NCBI GenBank assembly: GCA_040220855.1
Contig: JAVJVZ010000076.1
Location: 26,220-90,219 of the forward strand
Direction of reading: 5' to 3'
Source: Gammaproteobacteria bacterium
Lineage (GTDB): Bacteria > Pseudomonadota > Gammaproteobacteria > Ga0077536
Length of the DNA stretch: 64,000 bases
Shown: one piece after another, positions 30,069-39,350 of the stretch
How positions within the stretch are numbered: position 1 is the first letter of the stretch
Layout of the letters: the number at the start of each line of letters is the position of its first letter
Notes under the pieces: generated by a model
Seen by the model: the letters and a program-made list of their open reading frames with translations, nothing else
The model's database searches: none
What the model was told of the DNA's origin: nothing
Position numbers and translations under genes: made by a program

Positions 30069-30509
30069 TCAGGCGAGCGCGGCGCCGAGGGCGGCGACGA
30101 CGTCTGCGAGCGGCTGGTCGCTGGTGTAGATGCCGCGCACGCCGAGTGCGCTGAGCGCGGCATGGTCCTCCGCCGGCACGGTGCCGCCGACGAACAACGC
30201 GATGTCGTCGGCGTTCTCTGCACGCAGACACTCGACGACCTGTGCGACCAGCTCGCGATGGCTGCCGGAAAGGATCGACAGGCCGACGGCGTCGACGCCT
30301 TCGTCGATCGCGACGCGCGCGATCTGCTGCGGACTCTTGCGCAGGCCGGTGTAGATGACTTCAGCGCCGGCGTCGCGCAGCGCGAGCGCGACCACCTTGG
30401 CGCCGATGTCGTGGCCGTCGAGGCCCGGCTTGGCGACGAGAATGCGTTTGCCGCGCAGTGGCGCCGCACCGTTGCCGGCAGCGGCGTTCGAAGTCGTGGG
30501 GGTGCTCAT
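30069..30509 (-). CDS. acyl-CoA mutase small subunit, cobalamin-binding domain
   Basis: B12-binding DxHxxG (GLDGHDIGAKVV) Rossmann-like domain, 146 aa. ATGA overlap with the large-subunit stop. Confidence 0.85.
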   Translation of the reverse strand: MSTPTTSNAAAGNGAAPLRGKRILVAKPGLDGHDIGAKVVALALRDAGAEVIYTGLRKSPQQIARVAIDEGVDAVGLSILSGSHRELVAQVVECLRAENADDIALFVGGTVPAEDHAALSALGVRGIYTSDQPLADVVAALGAALA

Positions 30510-32110
30510 AGTCTCACCGGCTCCTGGAATTCGCCCCATTCGGCTTTCAGTTGCGTGACCATCTCGCCGACCGTGACGTAGGCGTGGCAGCAGTCGACCA
30601 GGTAGGGCATGAGGTTCTCGTCGTCGCGCGCGGCGGCACGGCCGAGCGCGGCGAGGCTGCGCTCGACCGCGGCAGCATCGCGGGTGTCGCGGATACGTTC
30701 GTATTTCTCGATCACGCGCGCGGCGGCATTCGGATCGACCTGGAACGTCTCGCCGATACCGCGGGTGGCGTCGTCACGCGCGAAGAAGTTCTGCCCGACG
30801 ATGACACTTTCACCGCGGTCAACCTTCTGCTTGCGCTCGAGCGCGCGCTCGGCGATGCGCATCTGCAGCCAGCCGTCCTCGATCGCTTTCTCGACGCCGC
30901 CGTAGTCGTCGATCTCGCGCATCACGGCGCCGATCGCGTCCTCGGTCTGGTTGGTCAGGTGCTCGACGAGATAGCTGCCACCGAGCGCGTCGACGCTGCG
31001 TGCGATGCCGCTCTCGTAGGCGAGAATCTGCTGCGTGCGCAGGGCGAGTTCGGCCGAGCTCTCGGTCGGGATCTGGAAGGCCTCGTCGTAGGCACAGGTG
31101 AAGATCGACTGGGCACCGCCGAAGACCGCTGCCATCGTCTCGACCGTGACGCGCACCACGTTGTTCATCGGTTGCGGTGCGACCAGCGAGGAACCGCCAC
31201 AGACCACGCCGAAGCGGAACATCAGCGCTTTCTCGTCCGTCACCCCGTAACGATCCTGCAGCAGCTTCGCCCACAGGCGGCGCCCGGCGCGGAACTTGGC
31301 GATCTCCTCGAAGAAATCCTGGTGCACGTAGAAGAAGAACGACAGGCGGCGCGCGAACCTGGCCACGTCACCGCCGCGCCGGCGCAGCTCGTCCACGTAG
31401 GCAAGGCCGTTGGCGAGCGTGTAGGCCATCTCCTCGACGGCGGTCGCGCCGGCATCGCGCACGTGGGCGCCGGCGATGCTGATCGGGTTGAAGCGCGGCG
31501 TGACCTCGTTGGCGTAGAGGATGGTGTCGGCAATGAGGCGCATCGAAGGGCGCACCGGGAAGATCCAGGTCCCGCGCGCGACGTACTCCTTGAGGATGTC
31601 GTTCTGGATGGTTCCGGTCAGCTTCTCACGCGGTACGCCGAGCTTGTCGGCAGTGGCGAGGTACATGGCGTAGATGATCGCCGCCGTGCCGTTGATCGTG
31701 AAGGAGGTCGAGATGGCGCCGAGATCGATGCCGTCGAAGAGGATCTCCATTTCGGCGAGGTTGGACAGCGACACGCCGACCTTGCCAACCTCGGGCCGCG
31801 CCATCGGATCGTCCGGGTCGTAGCCGCACTGGGTGGGCAGGTCGAGCGCCACCGAGAGGCCTGTCTGGCCCTGCTCGAGCAGGAAGCGGTAGCGCGCGTT
31901 GGTGTCCTCGGCGGTGCCGAAGCCGGAGTACTGGCGGATGGTCCACAGGCGGCCCTGGTAGCCGTCGGCAAAGATGCCGCGGGTGAATGGCGGGGCACCG
32001 GGCGTACCGATCCGATCGGGATCGAGGAGCTCGGGGCCGGCGGTGACCGGTATTTCGAGACCGGCCATGGTGCGTGTCCCGAGCGTCGGCCGGGGGCGGG
32101 TACTGCTCAT
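30506..32110 (-). CDS. methylmalonyl-CoA-mutase-family large (catalytic) subunit, split type
   Basis: 534 aa TIM-barrel substrate domain (…[40 protein letters not shown]…[16 protein letters not shown]…) without a fused B12 domain. Confidence 0.9.
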   Translation of the reverse strand: MSSTRPRPTLGTRTMAGLEIPVTAGPELLDPDRIGTPGAPPFTRGIFADGYQGRLWTIRQYSGFGTAEDTNARYRFLLEQGQTGLSVALDLPTQCGYDPDDPMARPEVGKVGVSLSNLAEMEILFDGIDLGAISTSFTINGTAAIIYAMYLATADKLGVPREKLTGTIQNDILKEYVARGTWIFPVRPSMRLIADTILYANEVTPRFNPISIAGAHVRDAGATAVEEMAYTLANGLAYVDELRRRGGDVARFARRLSFFFYVHQDFFEEIAKFRAGRRLWAKLLQDRYGVTDEKALMFRFGVVCGGSSLVAPQPMNNVVRVTVETMAAVFGGAQSIFTCAYDEAFQIPTESSAELALRTQQILAYESGIARSVDALGGSYLVEHLTNQTEDAIGAVMREIDDYGGVEKAIEDGWLQMRIAERALERKQKVDRGESVIVGQNFFARDDATRGIGETFQVDPNAAARVIEKYERIRDTRDAAAVERSLAALGRAAARDDENLMPYLVDCCHAYVTVGEMVTQLKAEWGEFQEPVRL

Positions 32111-32198
32111 GCGAGACTCTCCTGCGCGCGTGCGCGTGGGGCCGGCGGCCGGGCCGCCGGGCGTTGACTGTGAGCGTCGATTGACTGCTGCGTCGCGC

Positions 32199-32960
32199 TC
32201 ATGTCGCGAGTGCCGCGCCGAGTTCCTCGATCGCGGTGGCGAGCGCGGTCACGTGTGCGGCGAGGGCATCCTGCATGCGCGGCAGCGGGCCGGCCACGGC
32301 GACGCCGAACAGGGCCTGGCCGAATGCGAGCGGGGCCGCCACGGCCATCACGTCGGCGACGTTCTCACCGCGCGTCAGGTAGTGACCACGGGCGCGCGAA
32401 CGCACGAGATCGGCGCAGAGGGTGTCGGCACTGGTGAGGGTCTGGTCGGTGACGGCCACCAGCGGGTGGGCGGCAAGCCAGGTGGCCAGTGCCGCATCGT
32501 CGAGCGCACCGAGCATGACCTTGCCGATGGCGCTCGAGTGCAGTGGTTTGCTGGCACCGGCGCGCGCCGAGTAGCGAATCGACCGGGCACTCTCGAGCAC
32601 CAGGAGGTACTGCACCACGTCGCGCTGGCGCGTGCCGAGAATGACCGTCTCGCCGGTCTCGTCGCGCAGTCGCGCGAGGCGTGGCTCGAGCCGCCGCGCG
32701 AGCGGGTCGTGGGCGCGAATGGTGTCGGCCAGATCGCCCAGCCGACGCGTCGGGTAGATGCCGCGACCCTCGAGCTGGCACAAGTAGCCTGCCTCTTCGA
32801 GCGTGCGCAGCGCGGCATGGCAGGTCGAGACGGGCAGACACGCGGCACGCGCGAGCTCGGACAGCGACAACGGTCGACGGTGCGTTTCGAAGGCTTCGAA
32901 GATGTCGAGCGCGCGGCGCGTCGAGCGCCCACGGGGCGTGCTGTCGATGGTGGTGCTCAT
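32199..32960 (-). CDS. IclR family transcriptional regulator
   Basis: N-terminal wHTH (LSLSELARAACLPVSTCHAALRTLEEAGY) plus a C-terminal IclR effector domain. Confidence 0.85.
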   Translation of the reverse strand: MSTTIDSTPRGRSTRRALDIFEAFETHRRPLSLSELARAACLPVSTCHAALRTLEEAGYLCQLEGRGIYPTRRLGDLADTIRAHDPLARRLEPRLARLRDETGETVILGTRQRDVVQYLLVLESARSIRYSARAGASKPLHSSAIGKVMLGALDDAALATWLAAHPLVAVTDQTLTSADTLCADLVRSRARGHYLTRGENVADVMAVAAPLAFGQALFGVAVAGPLPRMQDALAAHVTALATAIEELGAALAT

Positions 32961-33287
32961 GGTCGTTCGCGCGGCATTGGCTGATGTTCATGTTTCCAAA
33001 TATAGAAAATCATTTCTATCATGTGAAAGCGTCATCATGGAAGGCTACGCTCAAGCACCGCCCGGATGAGCGGCCGGCACCCACGTCGCCGTCGTGCTTG
33101 CACTCGTCGCAAACACCTGCGCCGACGACCTGTCGATCGGGCGGCCGGCGGTGACGCCGAGGCACGGCGTCTGCGTGTCAAGCCGACTGACAGTGGACCG
33201 CTGCGTGCGCAGTGCAGCAAAGCCATTGATTGCTTGGGGAAAACTGCGCGGCGAGGGAGAACTCGCAGGGCGCTGGTGTCAGCGGAT

Positions 33288-33311
33288 TTGACAGTCGTGT
33301 GACAGGTCGTG
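33288..33311 (+). promoter_or_regulatory. Tandem TTGACAGTCGTG / TGACAGGTCGTG repeat upstream of the VPLPA-CTERM gene
   Basis: Seen directly. Shares the TTGACAG-[T]CGTGT-[A/G]ACAG core with 7779-7816. Confidence 0.45.
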
Positions 33312-33477
33312 GCGGTGAGGAACTCGAAAACCGTTTATGTTCAATAGCCTGGATTCATGGCCTGGAATTTGCTGCGTTCATTCTGGGCAAGGACGCGGTC
33401 AGCGCCGCGACTGACGCCGGTGGAGCCGCAGGCGCATGCCTCGGCCAGCTTGACGTAACCGCAACAAAGGAATGGCC

Positions 33478-34053
33478 ATGATTTCACGCCAGCTCACCCT
33501 GCCGCTGCTCGGTGCGGCGCTGCTCGCGGCGTCGACGACGACGAGTTTCGCTGCAACCGAAGACCTGCTCAGCGACAACGGCTCACTCGCCACGGCGCAG
33601 AATGTCGACCCGTTCAGCAGCTTCGACGTCATCAACGTGTTCGGCTTTCGCGGCACCGTCCTCGACGGCGCGATCGTCGACAACGACGATGCCGACTTCT
33701 ACAGCTTCACCGTCGCCGACAACACGCGTATCACGCTCGCCGTGACCACGCCGGAAGGTCCGTTCTTCGACGATGACCCGGTCCTCGCCCTGTACGATGC
33801 CGGCGGCACGCAGGTCGCGGTCGATGACGACGGCGGCGAAGGCTACGATTCGCTGCTCAGCTTCAACGCCCTCATCGGCGGCGTCTACTTCGCCGCCGTG
33901 TCCGGTTTTTCCGATTTCGATTTCGAGGGCGGCGGTGACAGCGACTTCCTCTACCAGCTCAAGATCACCGCTGCGCCGGTACCGCTGCCGGCACCGCTGG
34001 TGCTGCTCGGCAGTGCCGTGGCGCTGTTCGCGGTACGTCGACGCGACGCCTGA
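33478..34053 (+). CDS. VPLPA-CTERM sorting-domain protein with a pre-peptidase C-terminal (PPC)-like domain
   Basis: Signal peptide. C-terminus …AAPVPLPAPLVLLGSAVALFAVRRRDA is a VPLPA variant of PEP-CTERM. Confidence 0.7.
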   Translation: MISRQLTLPLLGAALLAASTTTSFAATEDLLSDNGSLATAQNVDPFSSFDVINVFGFRGTVLDGAIVDNDDADFYSFTVADNTRITLAVTTPEGPFFDDDPVLALYDAGGTQVAVDDDGGEGYDSLLSFNALIGGVYFAAVSGFSDFDFEGGGDSDFLYQLKITAAPVPLPAPLVLLGSAVALFAVRRRDA

Positions 34054-34066
34054 CGCAGGACACGCC

Positions 34067-34093
34067 GCGCTGCCGCCGTCACGGCGGCAGCGC
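34067..34093. terminator. bidirectional GC hairpin between convergent genes (VPLPA-CTERM gene and dinB)
   Basis: gcgctgccgcc-gtcac-ggcggcagcgc perfect 11-bp stem. No U-tract. Confidence 0.4.
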
Positions 34094-34156
34094 GCGTAGC
34101 GTGAGGCCCGTCGCGTGGTTGCTTGCATACGCGAGCCCACGCCGGGCGGGGCGCGC

Positions 34157-35293
34157 TCATTCCTGGTCCTCTGACGCAGGTGACGGCTGCACCGGATCCG
34201 GCGCCTCGCAACTCTCGAACAGCCCCGGCTGCCGATCGCGCGTAGCGCGTGGAGTGAAATTGGCGAGCCCGGTGCCGACCAGGCGGTAGCGCGTCGCCGG
34301 CGCCAGTTCGACGCGCTCGAGCAGCATGCGTGAAATGCTCGCCAGCTCGGCGGCACTCGCCGGCGGTTGCGGCGGCGTGTGACTGCGCGTGATGATGCGA
34401 AAATCGCTCGTCTTCAATTTCACCACCACCGTGCGTGGCGCGTGGCGGCGCGTGTCGAGCGCCTTCCATACGCGCTCGGCGAGGGCATCGAGCGGTGCGG
34501 CGAGCTCGGCCAGGCTGCGATCGGTCTCGAAAGTCGTCTCCGCCGACAGTGACTTGCGTTGCTGGCGTGGTTGCACGGAGCGCGTATCGATGCCGCGCGC
34601 GAGGTCGTGGAGGCGTGCCCCGAAGCGGCCGAATCGCGCGGCCAGTTCAGCGAGTGGGCGGGCGCGCAGGTCGCCCACCGTGTGCACCCCGAGTGCGGCG
34701 AGCGCGGCTCCGGTGGCGCGCCCGACACCGGGCAGCTTCGCGACCGGCAGCGGGGTGAGGAAGTCGAGCACCTCGTGCGGCTGGATCACGAACAGGCCGT
34801 CCGGTTTGCGCCAGTCGGAGGCGATCTTGGCCAGGTACTTGGCCGGCGCCACGCCGGCCGAGGCGGTCAGACCGGTCTCCGCGCGGATGTCGGCACGGAT
34901 GGCACGTGCTACCTGCGTCGCCGTGGCGAGCCCGCGTTTGTTCGTGCTGACGTCGAGGTAGGCCTCGTCGAGCGACAACGGCTCGACGAGATCGGTATAG
35001 CGCGTGAAGATCGCGCGTACTTCGGCGGAGACCGCGCGGTAACGGGAGAAATCGGGCGGCACGAACACCGCGTCCGCGCACAGGCGTTCGGCGCGTGCGG
35101 CCGGCATGGCCGAGTGGATGCCGAACACGCGCGCTTCGTACGATGCCGCGCATACCACGCTACGGCGCCCGCGCCACGCCACCACCACGGGCCGTCCACG
35201 CAGCGACGGGTCGTCACGCTGCTCGACGGAGGCGTAGAAAGCGTCCATGTCGACGTGGACGATCTTGCGCGGCGCTGCCGGCGGGGTCGTCAT
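34157..35293 (-). CDS. dinB: DNA polymerase IV
   Basis: …KIVHVDMDAFYASVEQRDDPSLRGRPVVV… collinear with E. coli DinB. Start chosen at MTTPPAAPRK; the ORF extends 33 codons further upstream. Confidence 0.85.
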   Translation of the reverse strand: MTTPPAAPRKIVHVDMDAFYASVEQRDDPSLRGRPVVVAWRGRRSVVCAASYEARVFGIHSAMPAARAERLCADAVFVPPDFSRYRAVSAEVRAIFTRYTDLVEPLSLDEAYLDVSTNKRGLATATQVARAIRADIRAETGLTASAGVAPAKYLAKIASDWRKPDGLFVIQPHEVLDFLTPLPVAKLPGVGRATGAALAALGVHTVGDLRARPLAELAARFGRFGARLHDLARGIDTRSVQPRQQRKSLSAETTFETDRSLAELAAPLDALAERVWKALDTRRHAPRTVVVKLKTSDFRIITRSHTPPQPPASAAELASISRMLLERVELAPATRYRLVGTGLANFTPRATRDRQPGLFESCEAPDPVQPSPASEDQE

Positions 35294-35426
35294 CGGCGGC
35301 GCCGGCGATGGTCTGCCGGGCGGTCGGTTCGCAATGGCTTCGGGCCCGTTCGTCGCATGATTGCCACCGACAACGCCACCTCCTGGCGCCACGCATGGGC
35401 GCGAGCATAGCAGCAGGTGGCGACGC

Positions 35427-37562
35427 TCAGTTGCGGGTGAGATTGCGGATGGTGCTGGTGTGCAGGCCGCGCTCGCGTGCGAGCAGCGCCTCCGCGGACT
35501 CGGCTGGCAGCGGCTTGGAGAACCAGAAGCCCTGCGCCATGCAGCACTTCAGGTCGCGCAGGCTTTGTGCCTGTTCCTGCGTTTCGACGCCCTCGGCGAT
35601 GACGCTCATATCGAGGACGCGGCCGAGATTGACCAGTGCATCGATGATGCGGCGGTCGCGGTTGCCATCGCGCGCGGCGGCGATGAAGGAGCGGTCGATC
35701 TTCAGCGTATCGTAGGCGAACAGGTTGAGATAACTGAGCGAAGAGTAGCCGGTGCCGAAGTCATCGAGATGCAACTTGACGCCGTGTTTCTGCAGCGCGG
35801 AGAGCTCGCGCAGGGTCTCCGCTTCGTGTTCGAGCAGCGCGTTCTCGGTGATCTCGAGGTGCAGTGCCTCCGGCGCGAGATCGATCTCTGCGAGAATGGC
35901 GAGCGTGCGGCGAGCGAAGTCAGGGTCGGAAAACAGGCGACTCGACACGTTCACACTGACCGATAGCTCGGAGAACCCTGGCGCCGACTGCTGCCAGGTG
36001 CGCACCTGGCGGCACGCCTCACGCATGATCCACCAGGTCAGTGCGCCGATGGTGCCATTCTCTTCGGCCAGCGGAATGAAGTCGTCCGGCCCGATCAGGC
36101 CGCGCTTGGGGTGGAACCAGCGCATCAGCGCCTCGAAGCCGACCACGCGCATGTGTTCGAGCGACACGATCGGCTGGTAATAGACGGCGAGCTCGCCGCG
36201 ATTCACCGCCGAGCGCAGGTCGGTCTCGAGCTCGAGGCGCTGCAGTGCTGTCTCGTGCATGAAGCTGTCGAACACGGCATAGGAGCCGGCGCGGCGGCGC
36301 TTGGTGCGATACATCGCCAGGTCGGCGTCGCGCAGGAGGTCACCCGAGCGTTCGTACTTGACGTCACTGAGGGCGATACCGATGCTCGCCGAGCAGAAGA
36401 TCTCCTTGTCGGCGATGACGAACTTCTGCGACAGCAGCTCGTGCACGCGCTCGGCGACGCGCGTCGCTTCGCTGAGATTCGTGATATCGTTGAGCAGAAT
36501 GGCAAACTCGTCGCCACCGAGGCGGGCGACGGAGTCACCCGGTCGCAGGAACATGCCGAGGCGGCGCCCGAACTCGATCAACAGTTCGTCGCCGGCGGCG
36601 TGGCCGAGACTGTCGTTGATCGACTTGAAACGATCGAGATCGAGGAACAGGACGGCGAACTTGCGCTTGCGATCACGCCGGTGCTGACGCATCGCGAGAT
36701 CGAGCCGATCGAGGAAGAGGTTCCGATTGGGCAAGCCGGTCAGCGCGTCGTGCAGGGCCTCGTGCACGAGCATCGCCTCGGTCGACTTGCGGTCGCTGAT
36801 ATCGGAGAGCGAGCCCGCGATGCGCACGGCGCGGCCGTCGACGTCGCGCACGGCGAGCCCGCGCGCGAGCGTCCAGAGCTGCTTGCCAGCGGCGTCGCGC
36901 ATGCGGCATTCGGCTTCGAAGTGCGGCGTGTCACCGTCGAGGTGCGCCTGCAGCGCCTTGCGCACCGAGGTCTGGTCCTCGGCCTCGATGCCGTCCAACC
37001 ACGTCGCCGGCACTGGCGCCACCTGCGCCGGGTCGAGCCCGAGCAGTTCCATCCAGCGTGGCGAGTAGTAGACGTAGTCACGCTCGAGGTCCCAGTCCCA
37101 GATACCGTCGCGGGCGCCGGCGACGGCGAGCGCAAAGCGCTTCTCGCTCTCGCGCAGACGGACCTCGGCGCCGTTGCGCGCGATGGCATAGCGAATCGCC
37201 CGTGCCAGCAGGTCGGCGGTGATGTGCCGCTTGATCAGGTAATCCTGGGCGCCCTCGCTGACCAGCTCGGTCGCGGTGCGTTCGTCCTCGACGTTGGTGA
37301 GGATGATCACCGGCACCGTGTTGCAGGCGCCGGTGACGCGGGTGAGGTTGTCGACGCCGTGGCCATCGGGCAGGTTGAGATCGAGCAGCACGATATCGAA
37401 GTGCGCCTCGGCGAGCCGCGCGAGTGCGGGTGCAATGCGCTGGTGATGCTCAATCTCGGCCGCGGTGAAGGCCGACTGCGCGAGCTGCCTGCGGATCAGC
37501 TCGGCCTCGATGCGGTCGTCCTCGATCATCAGGATGCGAAGCGGCGTCGGCTGGCTCGGCAT
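35427..37562 (-). CDS. response-regulator receiver / PAS / GGDEF / EAL c-di-GMP turnover protein
   Basis: REC (ILMIEDD…DIVLLDLNLPDGHG), PAS, GGDEF (RLGGDEF) and EAL (EITE… ; DDFGTGYSS) domains are all present. Confidence 0.85.
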   Translation of the reverse strand: MPSQPTPLRILMIEDDRIEAELIRRQLAQSAFTAAEIEHHQRIAPALARLAEAHFDIVLLDLNLPDGHGVDNLTRVTGACNTVPVIILTNVEDERTATELVSEGAQDYLIKRHITADLLARAIRYAIARNGAEVRLRESEKRFALAVAGARDGIWDWDLERDYVYYSPRWMELLGLDPAQVAPVPATWLDGIEAEDQTSVRKALQAHLDGDTPHFEAECRMRDAAGKQLWTLARGLAVRDVDGRAVRIAGSLSDISDRKSTEAMLVHEALHDALTGLPNRNLFLDRLDLAMRQHRRDRKRKFAVLFLDLDRFKSINDSLGHAAGDELLIEFGRRLGMFLRPGDSVARLGGDEFAILLNDITNLSEATRVAERVHELLSQKFVIADKEIFCSASIGIALSDVKYERSGDLLRDADLAMYRTKRRRAGSYAVFDSFMHETALQRLELETDLRSAVNRGELAVYYQPIVSLEHMRVVGFEALMRWFHPKRGLIGPDDFIPLAEENGTIGALTWWIMREACRQVRTWQQSAPGFSELSVSVNVSSRLFSDPDFARRTLAILAEIDLAPEALHLEITENALLEHEAETLRELSALQKHGVKLHLDDFGTGYSSLSYLNLFAYDTLKIDRSFIAAARDGNRDRRIIDALVNLGRVLDMSVIAEGVETQEQAQSLRDLKCCMAQGFWFSKPLPAESAEALLARERGLHTSTIRNLTRN

Positions 37563-37581
37563 GGTGCTTCCCCGGTTCGTG

Positions 37582-38979
37582 TCAGGCTGGTCGCATACTG
37601 TGGTCACGGGTGCGTGGCAGGTCGATGACGACGACGCTGCCGGCCTCCGCGCCGCCTTCGATGCGGATCGTACCTCCATGTCGCTCGATGATGCGCCGGC
37701 ACAGGGCGAGGCCGATGCCGGTGCCAGGATATTCCTCGCGGGTGTGCAGGCGCTGGCCCATCTCGAACACGCGCTCGCGGTGCGGCGCCGGAATGCCGAT
37801 GCCGTTGTCGTGCACCTCGATGCGCCAGTGTCCCTCGGTTTCGTGGCACAGCACCCGGATCTCGGGTCGCGCGCGGCCGCGGAACTTGAGCGCGTTACCG
37901 ATCAGATTCTGCAGCAGGTGCACCAGCTGAATGGCGTCGCCGCGCACGTTCGGAAGCCGTTCGGCGTAGACCTGTGCCTCGTTCTCGTCGATGGTGGGGC
38001 GCAGGTTGTCGAGCGCCTCCGCCAGGCAGTCATTGAGATCGACGATGTCGGCCTGGGCGTCGCGCGTCGACAGCGCGAGGTATTCCAACATGCCGTCGAG
38101 CATGTTCCCGGCGCGCTCGGCGCAGGCACGCAGCTGCTCGAGGGTGCGCGCATCGGTGCGCTGGCCGGGCTGGTCGCTGTCGTCACTGAGCTGGCGCGCG
38201 AGGCGCGTGATCTGCTGCATGGGTTGGCGCAGATCGTGCGAGAAGACCAGCGCGATGTCCTGCATCTCGCGGCTGGCGCCGGCGTCATTGTCGGTGCCGC
38301 GCACGGGAGCGACGAGGCAGCCGAACAGGCTGCCGTCGGCGCCGCGGCGCAGCTGGAGCTGCCCGGCCCCGGCGCCGGCGCGGTCGCGCAGGGCCACGGC
38401 GCCGGTGCCCGCCCTGCCAGCGATGAAGCTGTGGCAGGCCGCCGCGTCGTCGCAGTGATCGGCGAGCACCGTGCCGGCAAGCTCGCCGGGCATGCAGCCG
38501 AGGGCCGCCTCGAGCGCCGCGTTGGCCGCCCCGATGCGGCCGTCGGCGTCGATGCGCGCGGCCGGCATGGGCATCAGTTCGAGCGCGGGAGGCGGCGCGG
38601 CAGCCGCTGCCAGTGCGCCGCGCAACAGCTCGCCCAGGGCGAGAAATCCGCCACTGCTCTTGCGTACGAGGCCCGCGCAGGCCCGTGCAGGACTCAGGCA
38701 GGTGGCGACGATGTCGCGCTCGTGGCCGAACAGCACCACCGCCGCGCGCGGCCAGCGCTCGCGCGCCAGTTCCTGGATCTTCCCGCTGTCCGCCCATCCC
38801 AGCTGTGGTGCCAGCACGAGTGCATCGACGCGTGCCGCACTGAGTGCTGTGGCGAGCGCGCTGGTATCAATCACGGTGACCAGTGTCGCGGTGGGAAATT
38901 CGGCGCCGATCAGGCGTGCTGCGAGCGCGATGTCGGCCGGGCTCTCGTCGATGAGGAGTATGCGTACGGACGCGCTCAT
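37582..38979 (-). CDS. sensor histidine kinase with N-terminal receiver-like domain and PAS domain
   Basis: N-terminal REC-like fold (ILLIDESPAD…VDALVLAP), H-box FSHDLRQP, then N, G1 and G2 boxes (HDNGIGIP…GTGIGLA). Immediately upstream of the GGDEF/EAL gene. Confidence 0.8.
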   Translation of the reverse strand: MSASVRILLIDESPADIALAARLIGAEFPTATLVTVIDTSALATALSAARVDALVLAPQLGWADSGKIQELARERWPRAAVVLFGHERDIVATCLSPARACAGLVRKSSGGFLALGELLRGALAAAAAPPPALELMPMPAARIDADGRIGAANAALEAALGCMPGELAGTVLADHCDDAAACHSFIAGRAGTGAVALRDRAGAGAGQLQLRRGADGSLFGCLVAPVRGTDNDAGASREMQDIALVFSHDLRQPMQQITRLARQLSDDSDQPGQRTDARTLEQLRACAERAGNMLDGMLEYLALSTRDAQADIVDLNDCLAEALDNLRPTIDENEAQVYAERLPNVRGDAIQLVHLLQNLIGNALKFRGRARPEIRVLCHETEGHWRIEVHDNGIGIPAPHRERVFEMGQRLHTREEYPGTGIGLALCRRIIERHGGTIRIEGGAEAGSVVVIDLPRTRDHSMRPA

Positions 38980-39350
38980 GCCGAGCCACCCGGCGTGCCG
39001 GCGACGTCGTGGCGGTCACACACGGGCAGCGCGATCGCCGGCGCTGATGCGCCGATGACGACCGCCGGGCGCACGGGCCCGCGCTGACCAGATGTCCGCA
39101 TACAATCCGCTCCTCGGGACGCGCGCCGGGCTTGCTCGAGTGCTCACGACGTTGCCGTCCAGCCTGGCACCGGCGTCCGGCTCGGAATCTCGCGGCAGCG
39201 TTCCGTGCGACACGCAATGTGGTGTTGGGCGGCGGCAGCCATTCGTAGTGTGACGGCGCGCACACACCGGGTATCCCCCAATTGGGGCAATTGTGGTTTG
39301 CGCTACTGGAAAGCACAAGCCGTTGCGGTGTTACAGAGTGTGGGGGACTG

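Noticed and set aside
33230-33481. 83-aa ORF upstream of the VPLPA-CTERM gene
   Set aside because: No RBS and no homology. It overlaps the probable promoter and regulatory motif region.
35294-35426. Looked for an SOS/LexA box (CTGT-N8-ACAG or Gram-negative variants) upstream of dinB
   Set aside because: None present in the 134-nt upstream region. Recorded as a negative observation, not a feature.
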